Assembly (NCBI GenBank): GCA_040285825.1
Contig: JAUPSS010000003.1
Span: 1,240,001-1,304,000, forward strand
Length of the DNA: 64,000 bases
Reading direction: 5' to 3'
Source of the DNA: Eukaryota sp. TZLM1-RC
Lineage: Eukaryota > Protista > Metamonada: BaSk clade
The position numbers were made by a program, and so were the translations under genes. Of the stretch, positions 43,189 through 53,718 are shown piece after piece. How positions within the stretch are numbered: the first letter of the stretch is position 1; each line of letters opens with the position of its first letter. The notes under the pieces were generated by a model. The model made no database searches, was not told the origin of the DNA, and saw nothing but the letters and a program-made list of their open reading frames with translations.

Positions 43189-45086
43189 CTGTAGGTTCCA
43201 TGCTCACGAGTTGTTGTTGTTTCCAGAAAGATATAATTCTGGCATGGATGCAACCTGAGATTCCCTGGGGATTCACTGTTGATAAGACTGATCTAAAAAG
43301 ATCATAAGAGTGAACAGGTACCCCTATCTTTTTTATGAAGCTTTGATCTATTCTGTATAATTTTGGTGTTTCCATATTATTCAATTTGGACTGTAAATCG
43401 TCTATTTGTTGCTGAATGTGAGTTGAGTCTCCACTCTGTACTGAGATCAACTGAGCTAAACTGTTTATCATCTTCGTTATTTGTTCTTGTTGTTGAGGGG
43501 TGCTGGATTGTGGGATCTGTATTTGATCGACGTTTTGAGCTCCGTCTTTACCAGTTGTGTCCCAGAGGGCGAATTCCATTGTGTGTGTGGTGTCAACCGA
43601 GGATTGTGGAACTCCTTCCATCGGTTGTGATGAATCACCAGGTTGGATTGTGAGGACGTCTAACCCTATTGGTCCTGTGTTTGGTTGGGGTAAGGTGTCT
43701 ACATGCAGCTCCTGAACTGATTTCGATTCATCTTGGAAATTTAGTTGAATTGAGGGCCGGAAAGGCCTGATGCTCTTGAAGGGTGTATTCTCTAAACCAA
43801 TGATGGGGGTGAAGGTGAAAACCTTGTTCTGTACCCATGAATCGCCTGTTTGGAGGTTCCTGTTATTAGGAGGAGACCTGTATGTTGAAATGACTGCTGT
43901 CGTCATGTTTATATCATCTCGTCTATAAGTGACCCCTAATTCTTCATATATGAGCCTGAAAGGTTGTGAGGCTGGTCTCATTTCAACGTAATTTGGTCTA
44001 TGTGAGACTGAGTAGTATTCATGAACCTCTCTAACTACCGTATAGTCCTCTCCGGGGGCGCTAAGCTCTTCGTAAATTTTGTCAATACCAACTCTGAACC
44101 AGTCAGGTAGGAGGCGGACGTTCTCGGGACTATCTAGTTTCCCAGAGAAGTCGGTACCAACTTCCATTACCTCTAACCACCGAATTCTGAATCCTTTGTT
44201 ATTGAGGGTGGTGTTATTCCCCAAAAAATCGTCACGTTCTGTGCGAGGTTTTGCCATTATATTTTTGTATTCTGTGTCGAGAGGCGAGAGTCTCATTCTT
44301 CGCTCTGCGGGCCGTGTGCTCAACTCATGGTTTTCTTTGTCTAAAAGCTCAATTGCCTCTTTCAACACTGAGGGTTGTATGGGGATTTCCTGAGCTCCCG
44401 AAGTCGTCTCATTGAGAGTTTGTACGACGACAGTGTTTTCACACTGCGGGTACATTGATTCGTCCAGGGACTCTATGAAGTCCGTTGGTTCCTTCTTTTC
44501 CATTTCTTCCTTACTCATAGTGAGTGCCAAGAGTAACTCTTGTATCTCTTGGGAGGGGGCTGGAGGTAGGTCGAAATTGACCTTTGGTGTCGTCGCGAGG
44601 GCGGTATTCGCCGACGAGTGGACATATTGGGCGCCTTGCGCTGTAACTTTACCTCGCTGATTCAATTGGACGTTTTGCGCCGAAATTTGATTCTTGGTGG
44701 GGCTTAAACCCGAACCTGAAGCAGTGGAGGTGTCTAGCCTCGAATCTATTTGTTGGGGGGAGTGGGGTGGATTACACCCGTACCCGTAACCTGAGGAGGA
44801 GTGAGGCCTTTTTCGCCCGAACTCGAATCCTTTTCTGGAGTTGCCATTGAACTCGAAGAAGATGAGTTGTTGAGAGGAGGGTTAGAAGGGTCTCCTCTGA
44901 CAGATGTCTGACATAACCCAGACATCTTTTGGGTGTCTACAGCGCTGTTGCTGTTTGCTGTTAATGGTGCCTGATACGCACAATAATTATTGTTGCCGTT
45001 GGGCATTATGCTAGCTGGATGTAAAGAGAGTTAAGATAAAGTTAATTTTATTAAATGTCATTCTATATAAAGGTGAGATACCTACA

Positions 45087-45505
45087 GTGGCAAAGAATTT
45101 GAAACATCATATAGCTACTCGAGACATTGGATGGACTCAATTTCTGAAAAGAAATGGATTTGGTGTATTGATGATAAATGAAACTTTCACTTCAGCCAAA
45201 TGTCTTGTTAGTTTTGAAAAGGTTGCTACGTTTTTGAGAGTAACAAATTTCAGATTGTATAAGAGAGAAAAGACTGCTGTTACTACATGTCATGGTTTAT
45301 TAGCTTGTAATAGTGAGAGTTGTAAATTCAGTGACAAAGGCTCAACAAAGCTATTCAATAAAAATAAGCTGGCTTGTCTGAATATGTTTGCAATTGCTGA
45401 AGCCAGAATGAGTGGTAATGAAAGGCCTCAGTATTAGTGTAGTAGATAGTTTTTGTAATTATTCCACACAACAATTGATCGTTGACGTGGGGAATTTCCC
45501 ATATG
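45087..45505 (+). pseudogene. Fanzor1 family 1 copy B, 3' segment and putative right end
   Basis: INETFTSAKC, HGLLAC..C, NKNKLACLNM, ERP; followed by gggaatttccca. Confidence 0.85.
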
Positions 45506-45684
45506 AAAATGGAAAGTGGGTTTTAAGGAGATAAATGAGGTCAAGGAGACCAAAGTTTTTTTAAGTACCACTGTAGATTTTGTAAATTCCTAAACCTACC
45601 TAAAAGCTAAAGACGAACGCCTTTGAAAAATAATGTATTGGTATCATTTCTTTTCATTCAATATTATTATTTAGGGGAGTTTAT

Positions 45685-46830
45685 TTACACATTGCACAAT
45701 TTTGCTATAAGCATCTCAAACACCATTATACCTTCTAAAAAGGTGTCAATCTTAATATACTCGTTCTTATCATGAAGCAAAACCTTGTGATCTGGCAACC
45801 AACTGACTCCATAAGCTGGAATGCCTTTACATCGAACGAATCGCGAATCAGTTGAGGCAGGAAAAATAGACATGGAGAATTGGTGATCAAAGCTAGTTAT
45901 CACTTGCTGAATTGCCCTTGTACAAGACGTTTCCAGAGGTGAAGCTGGCGAAATCGTTGAGGACTGTCTAAGAAATTCAACCTCTACTCCAATCTCTCTG
46001 GCGGAATCCAGAACGAACGTATGAAAAGCTGAGAGATCAGAATGTGGAGAGAGACGTACATCAAGACCGACAGTGCATTTGGCAGGGATAATGTTTAATT
46101 GACCAGACTCTGAATTCATATAAGTAACATTGACAGAGGACCCGTCAAACATTAATGGTATTTGATCTTTAAAAATAGAGGTTAATTTTAAAACAGCAGC
46201 GGGTGCATTAAAAGCTGGGCAGGTTGCTCCATGAGACGAGTGACCCTCAGAGGTCAACATCATCCAAAATGGAGACCTTTCAGCGTAGAAGATTGGAATC
46301 ACAAAGTTGTCTTCACCAGAAGCGATACCTTCGTCAATCCAACAATGAATGTTCATTTTCTTGAACCAATCACTTTCAACAAACAACTGCACACCCTTTG
46401 CTCCCCCGATTTCTTCATCAGGACCAAAAATGACGTGTACAGTACGTTTTAAAGAAGTTTTGTGTTGAAGGCATCGACCTAAGGCTTCTAAATGCTGAAT
46501 CCCCACAACCTTCATATCCTGGGTTCCCCTTCCGAATATTTTTTTATCAATCTCAATAGGTGTGAATGGATCAGTTGTCCATTCACCGAGATCAGCGGGA
46601 ACAACATCCATATGTGAGTAAAGAACAATGCAAGGTAAGTCTGGTTGTGAACCTGGTAATGTTATTTGTATAAAAGGGTTCTTGTCCACCAACTCAAAAG
46701 TTTCAGCTTGAAGACCTAGTTGAGATGCTCTATGAGTAATAAGTTCAACTGCATCATAGTAATCAGGAGAAGGCTGATCTGTGCGACATTCAATGTAACG
46801 TTTCAGAAGATCAACAGCTGGTTGATTCAT
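45685..46830 (-). CDS. ACY1: Aminoacylase-1 (peptidase M20A)
   Basis: SHMDVVP, GRGTQDMK, PDEEIGG, DEG, STDSRF, LLHDKNE. Confidence 0.95.
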   Translation of the reverse strand: MNQPAVDLLKRYIECRTDQPSPDYYDAVELITHRASQLGLQAETFELVDKNPFIQITLPGSQPDLPCIVLYSHMDVVPADLGEWTTDPFTPIEIDKKIFGRGTQDMKVVGIQHLEALGRCLQHKTSLKRTVHVIFGPDEEIGGAKGVQLFVESDWFKKMNIHCWIDEGIASGEDNFVIPIFYAERSPFWMMLTSEGHSSHGATCPAFNAPAAVLKLTSIFKDQIPLMFDGSSVNVTYMNSESGQLNIIPAKCTVGLDVRLSPHSDLSAFHTFVLDSAREIGVEVEFLRQSSTISPASPLETSCTRAIQQVITSFDHQFSMSIFPASTDSRFVRCKGIPAYGVSWLPDHKVLLHDKNEYIKIDTFLEGIMVFEMLIAKLCNV

Positions 46831-47179
46831 CAACGATTATGTCAATCTTTGGGATGAAGACGAAATCGATTTTTTTAAATCAAATTTGCTGATTTTTCAA
46901 GTCACAACACCCTCCTTCAGTTGGACAGATGTTGTTTTGTAAGGTGGATGTGATGGTAATTTGTATTTAGTGGTCAATGAACAGATGTCTCTGTGAACGA
47001 AATGTCACATTCCTGAATGTAATAATCTTTAGTGTCTCATCTCTTCAGAATGTGTTCTTAAATGTATTTTGCTAGTTTCAAGTTTAAATAATTGTCATAT
47101 TAGAGCTGTTGAATTTCTGTGGCGTGTTTTAGTGATCAATTATTCAAAACATCAACATAAATAACATTTTTCAGCCCAG

Positions 47180-49282
47180 AAAACTATATTTCCAATCTTG
47201 TTTTGAAATGTAATTTGCCATTTTCACGTATTTCTGTCAAATGTTATGGATCATTGAGGGCAAGAATTCGTTATATTTCTGATGATTTTTTTGAAAAACC
47301 AATGTCGAAACCATTAAGTACAATTCCACTTGACTTGGAAAACTTTGCAAATGGTGAAGAAAATCAACTACTACCTTTGAACAACATAAGTTGAACAAAA
47401 CTCTAAGTTATGTAGACCATTTGAGAGATGGGCCTGAGTTGTTTCCACGATTTCCAACTGATGGGTTCAGTAGACCTTCCGATTACATGGCACCGGTAAT
47501 GTTTGCAATTGTGAGCATAATTGGAAATTTAATTATGAAAAACATGTCAATCGTTTCAGTAATGTTTATTTTGACAAAGTAGATGTGGAGAATGTGTTAG
47601 CAGAAATACACAAACTGAGTGAGTATGCAACACCATTATCTACTATAATTTCACTATTTAGATTTAGACTTCAACAATTCAAAAACATGTTTTTAGTTGA
47701 GGATAGAGATTACTTGAGTTCTTTAAGACTTGCACCTGAAATTATATTGCAAAACTTCTTCATGATGAGTTTTCAAATTTATGTCACCAACATGATATTA
47801 GAAACAATGAACGTGACGAAATCTTTAATGTCTTATAGCACCATTTACTTGTCAAATTGAGAATTAAGACACAGATGAAAGTCTAGTTGGCAATATATTT
47901 CCAGTTGATGTACATTTTCTTGCAGATGCTGAATCTTCAGATATTTTTAAAACCAGCAATTACGATTGCTCAATATATTGCCAGTAGAGAGGGGAAACCT
48001 TATCACGTTACCCCTGCATCAAACATTGTAGGTCCAGGATATTTTCCAATTGACACAAGAACAACATGGACAATTACCAAAAAAATATTGTTGGATGATT
48101 TGTTGCCTGATCAGAGATCGAAATCCGTCAATACACAAGCCCAAGTTCATAGACTCAAACCACCTGAGCAATTTGACTTTTGGTCTAATGTTATCGATTT
48201 AAACCAAGCAATGTTCAAACAAAAGATCTATAAATTCAACAGTATTATCCACAGCAATTTGTTCGTGGGGTTTTGCAAGGTCAGAAATGTAAGCCCGACA
48301 TCTCTTATTGTTATATTGATATTGTTATTGTTGATATTTTTCAAAATAAACGAATTGTTTTTTGTGATCCTGGAAAACGTGATTTATTGTATTATGGGAG
48401 TAAAAACGGATCAAGAATTAGCCATGGTTCCTGACCATGAAACTGAACAGAAAAATATAGTCGGGTGATGACTAAAGGTTGAGAATGACTCAGATGTTCT
48501 GGTCTTTGAAAGTTAGGATTAATGAACAACAAAAACGATGAGTGACAAAGTATACTGAGGTAGATAACGACAGGAACCAAATAATAGAGTCTAATGAAAT
48601 GACAATTGAAAGTGCAAACACCGAATTATCAGCATTTGCTGCCAATTCAGCAACTTTTATAGATTTTTCCAAATTTGTGGTTGCCTATTTTCGGCAAGTT
48701 TTTTTTGACAATTGACTTTTACAGTCTTCACTTGTGAAACATTTATATAATGCAAGCATTTATTCACAAGCAAAAGGCTGAAAGCTGGTTGTTGAAAATT
48801 TTTGTTCAGCGTTTTGCCAATCAAAAAGACATTTTAATACTAATGGGTGATTATTGTAAAAAAAAGTTCAAAGAATTTGAAACATCATAGACCTACTCGA
48901 GTCATTGGATGGATTCAATTTCTGAAAAGAAATGGATTTGGCGTATTGATGATTAATGAAGCTTTCACTTCAGCAAAATGTCTTGTTTGTTTTGAAAAGG
49001 TTGCTACGTTTTTGAGAGTAACAAATCCCAGATTCTATAAGAGAGAAAAGACTCCAGTTACTACATTTCATGGTTTATTAGCTTGTAATAGTGAGAGTTG
49101 TAAATTCAGTGACAAAGGCTCAACAAAGCTTTTCAATAAAAATAAGCTGGCTTGTCTGAATATGTTTGCAATTGCTGAAGCCAGAATGAGTAGTAATGAA
49201 AGGCCTCAGTATCTGTGTAGTAAATTGTTTTTGTAATTTGTACATACGAGAAAATTGATCATGTACATATTGGAATTTCCAC
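47180..49282 (+). pseudogene. Fanzor1 family 1 copy C (5'-truncated)
   Basis: Collinear with copy A from KLY.QS.FE onward; RuvC-I FCDPGKRD, RuvC-II INEAFTS, Zn finger, NKNKLACLNM; ends in ggaatttcc. Confidence 0.88.
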
Positions 49283-49307
49283 CTGTTTCAGTCTATATCT
49301 TTAAACA

Positions 49308-51575
49308 ATGACAAATCATGCTGCACATCTTCAAGAGATCAACACCGTTGAACAAAAACGTTTCTCGAGCAAAGGCGATACTGAAGCTGCTCGCCAGCAG
49401 GCTCGTCTAGAAGAGGAAGAAAAACTGTCTGCACAAGTCCAAGTTTGGCTCGAAGCTGTCCTTGAACATCAGTTCGAGGGCTCTTGGATTGAAGAATGTC
49501 GTGACGGCCAACTTCTCTGTAAACTTATCAACATCATCTCTCCTGGCACTATCAAAAGGATCCACAAGTTCAAACAAGCGTTTATGAGTATGGAAAATAT
49601 CCAGGCCTTCGTCAAGGGCTGTGAGAAGCTCGGTCTCGATGAGTCTCTCTTCTTTGAACCAGTAGATCTCTATGAACTCCGCAACAAGCGCAAGGTTATC
49701 CTGTGTGTATATGAACTCGCCTACAAAACCACCAATTCGGGATTCAAGATCAAACTCCGCTCACTTGATGCCACTAATTCTTCCGTCAATGACTCCATGG
49801 AAAAGCTACGACAGGAAGCCGAGAATGCTGATCTATCTGATGATGTTGAACTCCAAAAGACCGAATATGAAATAGACTCTTCGCTTTTAACCATGCCAGA
49901 GGACGAAGAAGAAGTTCCCGAAGGTGCCATGGTCAGCTTTACTCTCAATATTGATATTGACGATGAAGAGAATGTTAAGCTTGTTGGATCCACTGATAAG
50001 CTTGGTAACTGGGATATTGATCAAGGCCTTGCTCTAGAAGAAAGAGACCTTGGACAATGGGGTGTTAATATTGAAAACCCTCCTGCTAACCTTACCTTCA
50101 AGTTTGTCAAGATTGATGAAGAAGGTGAAGTTGTGTGGGAAGCAGGCTGTGCAAGGAGATTGGTCCTTGACTCCACTGAAATGTCCAGCACAGTTGAGTA
50201 CATTGGAACTTGGAGACACAGTGATGATGCTGAAGACCATGTTATGCGCCTTGTACTTGAAGATGGCTCAAAGGTTTTGTTTAACCCCATCTACGATACT
50301 CTTAAAGGTTCCCCTGATGAAGATTCCTCTTATGATCGTAATGACCTCGATTCTGATGACAAGAATGTGGAAATCGGTAAAGGTGGTCTTGCTGGTTTGG
50401 TTTATACTGATTCCACTGAAGGTGCTCAATGGACTGGATCTGAATGGGAAACTGTGGTGTCTCTTGATTTAGACTATTGTTGGCTTAATGATGCGTCTTT
50501 GACTGCATTGATTGAAAAAGTTCCCAATTTGTCTCGCCTTGATATTTCTGGCTGTGAGGATGTCACTGATGGCTTGCTTGAATTCCTTGGCAACAATCGC
50601 CCTACCCTTACTGAACTAGTAACTGAACGTTGTAGAAATCTTTCCGGAAAGGGAGTGACTCACTTGACCGATAAGGCCACTGCAATGGAAAAACTTTGTA
50701 TGAGCAGATGCAGGAAACTAGAAGATGCTGAACTCTCTGCTTTTGTTGAGAAGTTTGGGCAAACAATCTTTGCTATTAGTGTTGCCGAATGCAAACGTCT
50801 CTCTGACGAGTTTTTGACCAAGCTCTCTCAATGTTGTCCTAACCTCACTGAGCTCAATATTGGAGAAACAGCATTCTCTTCCAACGCCATTGAGAATGTT
50901 GTTGCTGATAAGTGCCTTGTTTCCTTTGAAGCTAATGGTTGTCTGTGTGAAACTAAAGTATTGGAATTGCTGGCTGAATTTAGTGCTCCTACGCTGAAGA
51001 CTCTCAATCTTCATTGGACTAATGTTGGTGCTGGAATTGAGCATCTTTCTCAATTCCAATCTCTCACAGCACTGGACATCTCCAATGTCGAAGGAATTGA
51101 AGATGAAAAGCTTGCGTTGTTTGCTGAGTCGCCTTCGATGGAAACTATTGAAGAACTTGCATTAGGCAATCTCGAAAATGTCAGTGACGAAACACTATCC
51201 AAGCTTGTTTATGCTGCTGCTGCTACCCTGATTGCTGTTACCTTTACTGGAACTCAATGTGGTGACCTTACTGTAGAAGCTTTGGGTCAGACTAAAATCC
51301 AAACTGTCAATGTTTCAGATTGTGAAAATATATCTGATTCCGTCTGTAATCTATCATTAGTGCCCCAGTTGCAAGTTTTGAATGTTCGTAAATGTCATCA
51401 GGTTTCCAGTGATTGTCTTCGCAAGTTTGGAGAAATGCGTCCTGAATCTAGTGAGGTTACAGTTCAAGAAGTTAGTGTTGAACTTGGTTCTAATGCTGAT
51501 GATGTTGATGATGAAGTTTGTGAAGATCTCAACAGTGAATTTGGTGAAAAATCGGTAGAGTTTAGCTACATGTAA
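49308..51575 (+). CDS. Calponin-homology + CBM20-like + LRR protein
   Basis: CH: WLE..L...DGQLLCKLIN...MENIQAF...LFFEPVDLYE; CBM20: LVGS..LGNW...W...FKF...WEAG; then FBXL/AMN1-like LRRs. Confidence 0.85.
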   Translation: MTNHAAHLQEINTVEQKRFSSKGDTEAARQQARLEEEEKLSAQVQVWLEAVLEHQFEGSWIEECRDGQLLCKLINIISPGTIKRIHKFKQAFMSMENIQAFVKGCEKLGLDESLFFEPVDLYELRNKRKVILCVYELAYKTTNSGFKIKLRSLDATNSSVNDSMEKLRQEAENADLSDDVELQKTEYEIDSSLLTMPEDEEEVPEGAMVSFTLNIDIDDEENVKLVGSTDKLGNWDIDQGLALEERDLGQWGVNIENPPANLTFKFVKIDEEGEVVWEAGCARRLVLDSTEMSSTVEYIGTWRHSDDAEDHVMRLVLEDGSKVLFNPIYDTLKGSPDEDSSYDRNDLDSDDKNVEIGKGGLAGLVYTDSTEGAQWTGSEWETVVSLDLDYCWLNDASLTALIEKVPNLSRLDISGCEDVTDGLLEFLGNNRPTLTELVTERCRNLSGKGVTHLTDKATAMEKLCMSRCRKLEDAELSAFVEKFGQTIFAISVAECKRLSDEFLTKLSQCCPNLTELNIGETAFSSNAIENVVADKCLVSFEANGCLCETKVLELLAEFSAPTLKTLNLHWTNVGAGIEHLSQFQSLTALDISNVEGIEDEKLALFAESPSMETIEELALGNLENVSDETLSKLVYAAAATLIAVTFTGTQCGDLTVEALGQTKIQTVNVSDCENISDSVCNLSLVPQLQVLNVRKCHQVSSDCLRKFGEMRPESSEVTVQEVSVELGSNADDVDDEVCEDLNSEFGEKSVEFSYM

Positions 51576-51789
51576 TTGTTTTTTTCTTTGTAAAGTATTT
51601 TTGTAATAATTTATTTCAGAATGATAGTTTAAGTTACTTCAAAACTATACATTGTTTATCCACTTTCGCATTCGCTACTCGTGATAATTTGCTGTTGAAT
51701 CGGACTCATTGCTGTACCATCACCTTCAGAATCCTTATCAACATCTCTCTGGCTTTCATCAGTGGGTTTGATAACATTCGTTTGAGACT

Positions 51790-52135
51790 GTTGTCTCTTG
51801 AACACCTCTGATCTCTCTCTTTCTTCCAGCCAGAATGTCTGCAGCCAACAAATGAATATTTAGTGCAGAATTATTATCTCGATTCCAGAAGGTTTTGTAT
51901 TGATTACATTGCCTTAGACCCCATGGAACTACTTGTCGAACCTTTTAGTTGCCCATTTCATCCTTTTCCAAGAGTTTTGAAATACGTTTTCTTATTCTTT
52001 TGTCGGTGGTCATCCAGCTCTACTTCATCTTTTACGATTGAAATTTGGTTACATCAATAACCATGGTTTGATTTTTTGGAAACAACATGAATCAAATCAT
52101 ATTCATTTGTATCTACAGCGACTAATTTTCTAGAA
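51790..52135 (-). pseudogene. Fanzor1 fragment (family 5), internally deleted
   Basis: RuvC-I-like KLVAVDTNEYDLIHVVS (52078-52128) and WGLRQCNQYKTFWNRDNNSALNI...GR..RS.VFKR. Confidence 0.8.
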
Positions 52136-52257
52136 TTTAAGGATGTTAATTCTTCCATTGAAAGGTTACTCAAGTAAACGTCTCTAATTTTTTGTTTTGT
52201 TGTATATTTTTTCCCAAATCTCTTCTTCTAAATTGAATTGAAACAGAATGTCCAATG

Positions 52258-53256
52258 TTCAACGCTGAGGCTTATTCTGACGCATAACACGAAGCTGGGT
52301 GTTCTTTGGAAGCTACAGATATTTGTTCTGCTATTGAGTTGCATAAACAAGACAAGTATATTGTGATTGGATTGATAATTCTGAAGCTATTGTTGACTTT
52401 GTCTCATGTAATGTTGCAAACGATACTTTGGTTCACAGAAGAAAACTAAATCCTGTGGCTGCTCTGGATTTTAAAGCAAAAGAAAAACATAGAAAATATG
52501 ATAAAGAAATTGAAGATGCAAATGTCGATAGAAATACACAGCTGGTTTTTATTGCTTTCCCATTTTCGATAAATGGAAGATTATCAGTTGAAGCAGAAAC
52601 TTTTTTGGATGACTTCCAAAAAATGGTGAAAGAAAAAACAATGAAAAGATTTGATATTTTTTTATGGCGTTCACGGATTCAATTTGCCATTATTAATAGA
52701 TTACCGCGGTTTTTCAATCGAATTAGAGAAGCTTTAGCTAGACAGCAAGCCAATCAAGATTTTGTAGAGGAAATCTTGGTTTAATGATAGTCGTCCCATT
52801 AGTTATGATTTAATTTAATCAAGTGTGCAAATTCAATAAATAAAATTCTCCAATAAACAAGACCTTTCTCTGTCAAAAAAGCACTTAATGTACTCATCTG
52901 CATCTATTGCATCCCATAGACTATTTCTCTGCTTTCAAGTTCTTGAAGACCCCATCCAGGCATTTACTCATGCCCAATTCCAACTCAGTTATGCACACAA
53001 CTCCAATGATGACCATCTACTACATTCTGGTTACATTAATCTTGGATTAGCCCATCTGGAGCTATTTCATGAATCTTATTCTATGTCTTTTATTGATATC
53101 TATGATTCATTAAAAAACTTTATTAAATCTCTTAAATATTGTAATTCAGATACAGAATTGTCAGCAGTATCATATTTTAATATTGTTATTGTCTTAAATG
53201 AAATTGAAGACTATCATAATCATAAACATTTAATCAACAGTTTTTTCCAAGAATTT
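52258..53256 (+). pseudogene. Partial duplicate of the TPR gene (copy of 28453-28941) interrupted by a LINE
   Basis: 489 bp near-identical after removing insertion and TSD; TTA>TAA stop. Confidence 0.93.
52354..52852 (+). mobile_element. 5'-truncated RLE non-LTR retrotransposon (499 bp)
   Basis: 11-bp TSD ATAAACAAGAC (52343-52353, 52853-52863); closely similar to 62760-63245. Confidence 0.93.
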
Positions 53257-53353
53257 ATGATTATCTCATCTTGCAAAAAAATACCTTTTGAAAGAAATCC
53301 TATACATCTTCCCTTGAGAGAGTATCATTTAAAACACCATTAAATCCTTATTC

Positions 53354-53602
53354 ATGTTTGGAACACAAGAAAAACAGCAACTGAAGAAAGAACAAGAAAA
53401 GAGAGGCGATACTATTGAACAAGTGCAAAAAGCAGATCGTGAATTACAAAAGGGTGAACAAAAAGCAACACAAGAAAGACTCAAAGGGCTCGAACAAGCT
53501 GAACAACATGAAGTAAAGGCCGAGCAACACGAGGAATCCGCACTTCGAAAGGCAGAAAAGGCATTAGAAAAAGGAGCGGAAGCTGCTCACAAATTGATGT
53601 AG
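53354..53602 (+). CDS. Small hydrophilic E/K/Q-rich helical protein (LEA/stress-like)
   Basis: 82-aa ATG-TAG ORF with strongly biased composition. Confidence 0.65.
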   Translation: MFGTQEKQQLKKEQEKRGDTIEQVQKADRELQKGEQKATQERLKGLEQAEQHEVKAEQHEESALRKAEKALEKGAEAAHKLM

Positions 53603-53718
53603 TTTGTCTCGTTGGTGTGGAAAATAAACACTCTTCAAAACAAGATTATACTTGCAGTAACAAAGACAAAAAGTACATGATTTACACAACGTTGGACCAA
53701 GTTCAGAAAACATCTTAT

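Larger units (their letters stand above)
38709..45086 (-). mobile_element. Full-length (6378 bp) Ty3/Gypsy chromovirus-like LTR retrotransposon with frameshifts
   Basis: LTRs 44991-45086 and 38709-38814 (1 SNP + 10-bp indel), TSD GTGG, PPT cgggagaaggtag; gag CCHC (CTFCQIPGHIITEC), PR (IDTAA), RT (YIDD), RH (TDASD), IN (DTIG/DNG/VER), chromo-like VIEEIL...VKWFGG.TTEEP. Confidence 0.96.
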
